Source of the DNA: Octopus vulgaris
Taxonomy: Eukaryota
Assembly (NCBI GenBank): GCA_951406725.2
Contig: OX597821.1
Coordinates: 68,014,001-68,078,000 of the forward strand
DNA length: 64,000 nucleotides
Direction of reading: 5' to 3'
The position numbers and the translations under genes were made by a program. The notes beneath the pieces are model-generated. The model was not told the origin of the DNA. It saw only the letters and a program-made list of their open reading frames with translations, and ran no database searches. Position 1 is the first letter of the stretch; each line of letters opens with the position of its first letter. This document shows positions 54,801 through 64,000 of the stretch, piece after piece.

Positions 54801-54957
54801 AGATATTCAATGTTGCATATATTTCTAAAACATGGTTTGAAAATGTAATATTTGAGTTTCAATTGGTTGCTGCTTCTAACACTACAAGATTTTCGCGCTA
54901 AACTATATAAAGAAGTATAGAAGAATGAAGAAGAAAAAAAGAAAAGAATACAAAACT

Positions 54958-54993
54958 GATGATGATGGATGGTGGTGGTGGTGGTGGTGGTAG

Positions 54994-55024
<31 letters not shown>

Positions 55025-55295
55025 GGTGATATTAATGATGGTGGTGGTGGTGGTGGTGGTGGTGGTGGTGGTGGTGGTAGTGGTCGTGGTCGTGGTCGTG
55101 GTCGTGGTGATGGTGATGATGATGATGATGAAGACGACGATGATGATGAAGACGATAATGAACATGATTATGATGTTGATGATGGACATGATGATGATGA
55201 TGATGATGATGATAGTGGTGGTGGTGGTGGTTGTTGTTGTTGTTGTTGTTGTTGTTGTGGTGGTGGTGGTGGTGGTGGTATGGCAGTGGTAGTTG
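54958..55295. repeat. Compound (GGT/GAT/GTT)n tract
   Basis: Triplet repeats. Confidence 0.93.
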
Positions 55296-55948
55296 TTTGT
55301 AAGTAGATAGCTTGTAGTTGGCTTGTTCGCTCTCTCTAAGTAGTTGTTGGTCAACTAGAGAAATATAAAAGAAGAACAGTTTTAAATTAACATGTTCCAA
55401 CCGTCATTGTAGAATGTATTTAAGTTCAATTTAAAATCTAATGTTTACTTTGAAAGACGTAGCGAGTCAGTCATGTTACACAAGACAGATATAAAACTAT
55501 AATAAAATATAACTTGAAACGAAAACGATGAAATTCTTGTTGGAAATGAAACAAAACAAAACACAAACATACACACAAAAAAAAAAAAGAAACCAGAAAT
55601 TCGTGGGATGGGTAGAGTAGAGATGATGGTGTGTGGTGTGTGGAGTGTTGTGGTGTGGTTATGGTAATTTTATGTTTACAATGTTTATATGTATTTTTTT
55701 TAATGTTCTTTTTCTTTTTTATTTATGTTTGGTTCTTCGTTTAGTTTCTTGTTTTCGTGTTTGTTATATTTTCTTTTTCTTCTGTTCGGAATTTGAAGGG
55801 AATACAAATTAGTGGGGAAAATTCAATTTTAACCGACCACTCATAATTGAAAATGAAAGAAACCCGCTGTTGATGAGGGCGATAATTTTGTCATAACAGT
55901 TCAGTTGTTACTAATGTTTGAGGGTTTCCATGTGGCCATTGTGATGGA

Positions 55949-56017
<69 letters not shown>

Positions 56018-56704
56018 GACAGATTCAGTGAAGGCGAGAAAGAAAAGGTGACAAACAGCGAGAGTGAGAATAAAGATAGGTAGAATGAACGATTGTGCCT
56101 GCGTATATATGTGTAATCCACGCGCATATAATGCTTTTATGTGTCCACGAGTTTGAGTAAATGTGCGCAAGGTAGCAGTTCCTGCCTCCATTGTCGTACA
56201 ATCAAGTCTCCGGTTTCTCTTCTTTTTTCTTTTTCACCTTTATAAGAGAATGGTTTCGATACCAGGTGCAGTAAATGAGGAAACAAAAAGCCGCTCTCGA
56301 ATGAAAGAATGCTGTGATTGTCTATGTTGTCATATAAGAAAAGATAGAAAGCGAGCTTAAAGTTCGTTGCCTTAATAAGTTTAGCTGGCGAGAGAAATGG
56401 CGTCCTCTTCTTTCACTTCAGTCGGCCATTTTATGACCAACTCATTGAGGAGCCTTTGTCTGAGATTTCAGCTATTTACACTCCTCACGGCAAATTTATT
56501 GACTAACTTCAAGTTCTGCAATGTTTTGACACAATCACGGTCTGCCTATCTGTCTGTCTCTCTCTCTTTTCCTCTCTCTCCTTCCCTCTCCCTCTCTTTC
56601 TCTTTGTCTCTCCCTTCCCCTCTCATTTTCTCTATGTATATGTATATATATATGTATATATTGCATGTAGTTGTCTATATTAAACACACACACACACACA
56701 CACA

Positions 56705-56771
<67 letters not shown>

Positions 56772-57277
56772 CTATATGTGTGATCCACCTACGGTGATAT
56801 ACATGAGTCGGCTGTTAAGACAGACTTCTGGTGAGGTTGTCTTCCAGCCATAAATAATACAAACTACGGTCGAAATTGATCATTATGGGCGGGTGGACCA
56901 ACATCCCCTGTGAGAGAATATGAATGAGCGGGTGGGTGTGCGAATGTCTGAATGCGCATCCCAGCCTACGCTAGCCAGCTAAACAACCTTTCGCACCCAT
57001 ACATTTTATCTTGTATATCTTTCCCTTCCTTTTTCTAGCACCATTCCCTTGTCTTAAATCCAATGAAACTCAATCCATCCATGTCCATCCATTCACTTCC
57101 CCTACAATTTTTTTTATCGAAAGTTATTTGTCTATATTTACAAACGTTTGAAATTCTTATCATTGAAAAATAACAGTAATTGAAAATTCTTGCAATGTTT
57201 CATTCGTTAACCAGACGGGTATATAACATAACAGCCAAAACTTAGGATCTTCAGTGAGATACAACTTTATGTATGAA

Positions 57278-57383
57278 TGTACCTGATGAGACCGAGACTG
57301 CAAAATGGATGCAACACAACATATTGAACGGAGTCCCACTTGTAAGGGAGAGTAGCAGGATGGGTCGAAACGACCGTTGTACA
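57278..57383 (+). ncRNA. Type I hammerhead ribozyme-like motif with extended stem II
   Basis: tgtac-CTGATGA-gacc-[69 nt]-ggtc-GAAA-c-gacc-GTT-gtaca: stems I and II pair perfectly and the core is intact. Confidence 0.7.
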
Positions 57384-57411
57384 AAATCTATCTTCTGGAT
57401 ACATAAGAAAA

Positions 57412-57450
<39 letters not shown>

Positions 57451-57466
57451 CATTTTTATTATTATT

Positions 57467-57512
<46 letters not shown>

Positions 57513-57994
57513 TTTGTTTGTTTGTCCCCCTACCATCGCTTGACACCGATGTTACTTAGAACGTAAAGACGGACGAAATACCGCTAAACGTTATTTTTTC
57601 GGCGTCCGGTGTGCTAACGATTCTGCCAGGTCGTCGCCTTATATTGTTCAATATAATATTGGAACGCTAACACCATAAGTCACATCATGAAGGCCTCATT
57701 TCTTGTCACATGGGGAAGGGTAACAGTGGGTAGGGTTTGAATTTAGAATGCAAAGCTTTCGAACGGATATCTCAAAACACCTCGTCCGATGCTTTATTAA
57801 AATCCTCGATCCACCGCTCTGGTTTGTGAATTCATCCATCGACCTTTAAACGATGGAAAGATGACATCGGCTGAAATTGAACTCAGAGCGCGAAAATTTG
57901 AAATAAATACTGCAAGACAGTCTTTCGGACCCTGCCATTTCACATACTTTATTTATTGACCAAAATGCTTAACAACTAGTTCTTTTAGTTCATT

Positions 57995-58200
57995 GTGCAG
58001 ACACGTTAGCACCCCGGGTGAAATGCTTAGCGGGAGTACGTCTGTCTTTACGTTCTGAGTTAAAATTCCGCTGATGTCGATTTTGCCTTTCATCCCTTCA
58101 AGGTCAATAAATTAAGTACCAGTTTCGTACTGGCGTCGGTCTAATCGACTGGGCCCCCTCCCCGCAAAAATTTCATACCTTATACCTAGAGTAGAAAAGT
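57995..58200 (+). mobile_element. SINE family B with alternative tail
   Basis: Head acgttagcaccccgggtgaaatgcttagcgg, core, and tail cctagagtagaaaag; a minus head fragment also lies at 57555-57640. Confidence 0.87.
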
Positions 58201-58803
58201 TCTATTTTTTTTTCACCCATCTTGTGCAGAGTTCGAATCTTAATGACTTCGACGATATTCATTCATTTTTTTTTATTTCATGTATTTTCGGAAATCGATA
58301 AAAATTGGCACCAATTATAAACTATTGTTTTTTCCTTACATATAACTCTGACTAGACACAAAATAAGATAAATACTTTTACTGTATAGTGTTTTATTTTC
58401 TCTCTGCTGTTTGTTGCTCAGTGGCTTGCAATCATTTTTTCATTTTGTGGTGCTTTGGTGATTAAATGTAAAACTAACTGAGGCACTTCTTATTGAACGT
58501 ATAAAATTATTGTCTTACTTTCTATTCTAATTTGAAATGTAAGGTGAGGCTGTTTTAAAGTTATCAACTTACGAAAAATATTAAAAATGATTTCTTTTCA
58601 CACTTTATTAATCATTTTTGCGTGTAACGAAATTATGAAAAGCACGTTTTTCAAGATACTCAAGCATTAGTGTAGATTTTCTATAAAGACTTAAATTATA
58701 TTTCGAAGAAAATAAAAAACTGCGGCGCCAATAAATACTTCTTGTGGCGCACCGTTTGAGAACGACAGCTCTAATGCAAAGAGGCAAACTATACATATAT
58801 AGC

Positions 58804-58899
<96 letters not shown>

Positions 58900-61499
58900 T
58901 TTGCTCCCGGTTTGCTGAATCAATATAACTATGACAATGGCACTCTAACCGTGACCATCACGTCCCATTATGTAACTAAACCATGAAGACCGGCATGTCC
59001 TTCAATTTACAGTAAAATACATTATGTGTGGGTTATTATAAAAATTTATCTGATAGTTTTCGGAGTTCATGTGGCTGTATAGATGCAACACTGTTGACTC
59101 GTTAAAATACAAAATGGCAGAGCTAGTGTAAATCGAATTCCAAATATGAATAACATGAGTTCATTTTGAAGTAAAGGTGTTTCGTTGTTATGACAGCGAG
59201 AAAACACTTTATACTAACCCCTGGTTCAATTTAGAAAGCTACAGGCACGTATGCGCTCAACATTTTTGTAGCAAGGAGATTTTGTTCATAATTCGTTTAA
59301 TTGATATTTATAATCCAATTCAGATCTTAAGAGTTTGTTTTGATGTTGAGCTAATGGTCTAACATGATCAAACAAACAAATGATAAAAAGCGTTCCTACC
59401 GTGGTCATTCTGCTTTTTCTTTTCTGAAGGCATAATCTAACTAATATTCCCTTACTTGTAAAAAGCTGAGGGAAATTTGATCGTGATGTCTATTAATATT
59501 AAACAACCTCGTAAAACTTCGAAAGCCCATTGTTAGTGGTAACCATATTGATGAGTAAAGTAGGCCCTAAACAAGCAGACCATTACAAGGACCAGTCGTT
59601 GTTGCTGTGTGATGGCTTGTGAATTTCAATGAACTGAGAACTATTCCAGTAGAGCGCAAGCTTCTCATAAGGCCTCCTGTACTGTACAGGTCAAAGGATA
59701 GAGGCCAGCTAATACGAACCACCACTTTTCACAGATAAAAATGGGCTTTCATAGGGCCCACGCCTCAACCTAATAAAAATTAGTTACAGAACCATCAATG
59801 ACAAATCAAAACTAACAAGATCTGGGATGTGAAAGCCTTCCTTCAGGGAAGGCAGGATACTGAGGGGAAAATAAAAAGGTGAAACAGCAGGAATCCAAAG
59901 AAGGAAAACAGACAAAACAGACAAAACAGACCAGAATCGAGAACATTAGAGAAAAGTCGTTGATTGTCTTTCAAGAACTGACCACACCGTCTCTTTACTT
60001 TTATATCAAGGACTATAGCGTCTGATATGTTTTCTTAAAGACAGTTTTCGAATCGAGAAAGATCTGGCTACTATTTCTAGCACTAAGACAACTGGTAAGA
60101 ACTCCTCACTTTGTTAACTATTTGGATAGTGGGGTATTAATTTAGGTTTGTTTAACAAATATGCCGTAGATGATGTGATGAAGATGTACAAGGGAGATGT
60201 TTCGGTGAAAAGATAACATGATTGATGCTAAGCTACATTCAATAATTTATCTATCTTCACATTGTTGTTATATCGATTAGTTAGTATTGACTTTGTGTAA
60301 TTATATCGACCAGTTTATATTTACAGTGTAACAACATCGATTAGTCAGTCTGTATTTACCCGACGGCTTCATCAGTTTATTTATTGTTACATCTCAGAGC
60401 TTTATCGATTAAACTATTTTTCTTCTAGATATATCAATTAACGAACCACCTGGCCTTTGAACCTTAATCCGGTTGTAAGTCGGAACCTTTTGTAAGTCTT
60501 CTAGAGAACCTATTACAACCCACCTCTGAGACTCATGTATTCATATGTTTACTCTCCAAGTGCAGCATTCAAACACAAATGGTGAGCTATGTTACGATAC
60601 GCAGTCCACATACCTCCACCACCACTACGAACCAACCACCACCGCCACCACCATTATCATACAGTGACACGCAAAAGTCACTTGAACATGAACAGTAAAT
60701 ATTTTCCAATAATTTTAACTGGAACTAGTGCCCACTAACCTCCCCAAAATTACCATGCCCCTTCTATTACTCCCCAACTCTCTTCCTAGCATAACTACTA
60801 CCCTTTCTCTTGTTTAATTAAGATAATTTGTCAAACATCTTCGCTCTCCTAGATAACCTTACGTGCAGCTTTTGATATCAACAGTTTCCTTGGTTCACCA
60901 ACTTCATCTTCTCGTATCATTCGCCATTCTAAACGATCTGCACCGACTAAACTCACCTGACATTTACCCCCCGCACCCCTCTCCGCCCATTTCCAAACGT
61001 GATCTTTTACATCTACAACTTTATACCCATCGACTCATGTAACTTCCTCTTCATTAACAATGTTGACAGGATTGCAAATATATCTGTGAACTCTTCGCTC
61101 GACCGAATATTTTAATTGGTCGAGCATTCACTAATCCGTTTCGAACTACAACAAACAAGAAAAATTCATTCACGCCTCATCCCCTCTTGAAATTCGAAGA
61201 TATAATATATATGTAATTTTTCCCGATACTCCTGTAAATGTGTATGCATATATTTATGTGTGTCTGTGTGTGTGTTTTTGTGTGTGTGTGTGTGTGTATG
61301 TGTGTGTACGGGTGTATTTCTAGATATTCTTTTATTATTTTACCTGTTTCAGCCATTGGACTGCAGCCATATTGGAATAAACCCTTGAAGGTTTTTAATC
61401 GATCAAATCGACCACCTCCCTCTGTACTTATTCTTTTTTAAGTCTGGAGTCAGTCTATTAATCTGTTACTATTAATGTCAAACGTCGATTTATTGTTTC

Positions 61500-62030
61500 C
61501 CTAGGCCTAAATTATCACTCATAAACCTAACGAGAAACTTTCCTACATACATAAACAGTCATACCACTCTCTGTAGTATTTAAAAACCTGATAGCTAACA
61601 CTTGTAATAGTATATCAAATCTCTGTTCAAAAGACTGTTTTGATAGTGCAGACCCCTACTATAAAACGTTTTAGATAAATGTGGTTTCAAAGATAAGGTA
61701 TACTACAATTCTTCTAGTAATAATATGAATCATGAAAATAGATCTAGGAATAGACCTTGGAAAATAATTTGGTCCGCACTCACTTTTTCCTAAATGTTAA
61801 AACTGACGTAGGTGAGAGATTCTTGTCTCCCTTAGATAACCATTTCCCAGAAAAATCACGAAAACAGGAAGATCATTTAACAGATGCTCAATTGAACTAT
61901 CAATTAGCTGCTTTCCCAGTATGAAGAGCATCATTGCCTGTAAATACCACCAAGAGCCCACTCCCAATTGTAACTGTCGAAACCCTGGAGCTTGCCCACT
62001 TGATCAGGAGTGCATGGGATAAAAGTAATA
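61500..62030 (+). mobile_element. Penelope-like element ORF remnant (RT thumb to Cys-rich linker)
   Basis: Fragments KPNEKLSYIHKQS, RNRPWKIIW, NVKTDVGERFLSPLDNHFP, SCFPSMKSII and NCNCRNPGACPLDQEC (61966-62013) match the PLE region preceding GIY-YIG; frameshifted. Confidence 0.82.
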
Positions 62031-62049
62031 GCAACACAACATGATAACC

Positions 62050-62112
62050 TAACCCTCTCACCACACATTCTGCATTTTTCGCTATTGCTAGTGTTGTCTA
62101 TTCTGCACTTAT
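62050..62112 (-). mobile_element. Small R4/Dong-like zinc-knuckle fragment
   Basis: KCRIDNTSNSEKCRMCGE resembles the start of the RLE-element CCHC knuckle; abuts the (TAA)n array. Confidence 0.45.
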
Positions 62113-63410
<1,298 letters not shown>

Positions 63411-63438
63411 GTTATTCTTATTATTATTATTATTTTAA

Positions 63439-63496
<58 letters not shown>

Positions 63497-63501
63497 CATT
63501 A

Positions 63502-64000
63502 TTGAGTGAGAGAACAGTGCATGCCATCAAAGTGACATTGGGGTAACATATACGAAGCCCAGTATACCTATCATGATTACCCGGCTGATAAAGATACACT
63601 AGGCACATGCATCACAACCATATGTGCGCGACATGGTGATCTCATATCAAGATAAACAGCACATGACCTTGCAGGTTGGGCCCAGTTAGAATTTTCTTCT
63701 CGTCGAGTAACCCATCCCGCTCAAAAGGTCCCTGAATATGGATTGTTTAAGGGTGTTGAACGAAACACCCATGTTTCCAAATGTGAATTATTCAAACTCC
63801 AAAGAATCCCTCTCAACACATGGCTAATATGCTCCCCCACTATTTCTGCTTGTGGTCAGAGATGCACATATCGTCAGCCACTAAAGGACATGGTCAACTG
63901 GTAAAGGTCAAACAACTGACAAACAAATCTGAGGTATTGAGCAGAATATTTGCTGTAGCCCGTCTTTTATACCAAGACAAAACAATATAAATGGTAACAC
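63502..64000 (-). mobile_element. (TAA)n-embedded element, copy 2 (runs off the window)
   Basis: Colinear with 62722-63220 with scattered substitutions and the same left boundary ttgagtgagag. Confidence 0.8.

Noticed and set aside
58720-58775. hAT-like terminus (tttgagaacgacag)
   Set aside because: Only one end visible; no partner TIR or TSD.

Overview
AT-rich, microsatellite-saturated eukaryotic intergenic or intronic DNA. The SINE repertoire suggests an octopus/coleoid cephalopod (inference from recognised repeat types, not a database hit). I find no supportable host protein-coding exon; almost all ORF-track entries are translations of simple repeats or of SINE consensus. The window holds three abundant SINE families, called A (tRNA head, CORE-like box, internal TA tract), B (Nin/Deu-like domain, in head-to-tail arrays) and C (tRNA-Arg-like head, two alternative tails). 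It also holds decayed CR1/L2-group, HERO-like, RTE-like, R4/Dong-like and Penelope-like retroelement fragments, two mariner derivatives, a Tc1-like MITE, two non-autonomous Helitrons and a tRNA-Asp-derived pseudogene. The most notable signal is about nine dispersed minimal hammerhead-ribozyme motifs in several short non-coding elements, some with long stem-II insertions, a shared core variant, or inverted-repeat packaging. Also notable are SINE arrays with recurrent fixed junctions, a template-switch inverted triplication, a two-headed mariner, and an element flanked by (TAA)n. Repeat boundaries were read by eye and are approximate unless motif coordinates are given.
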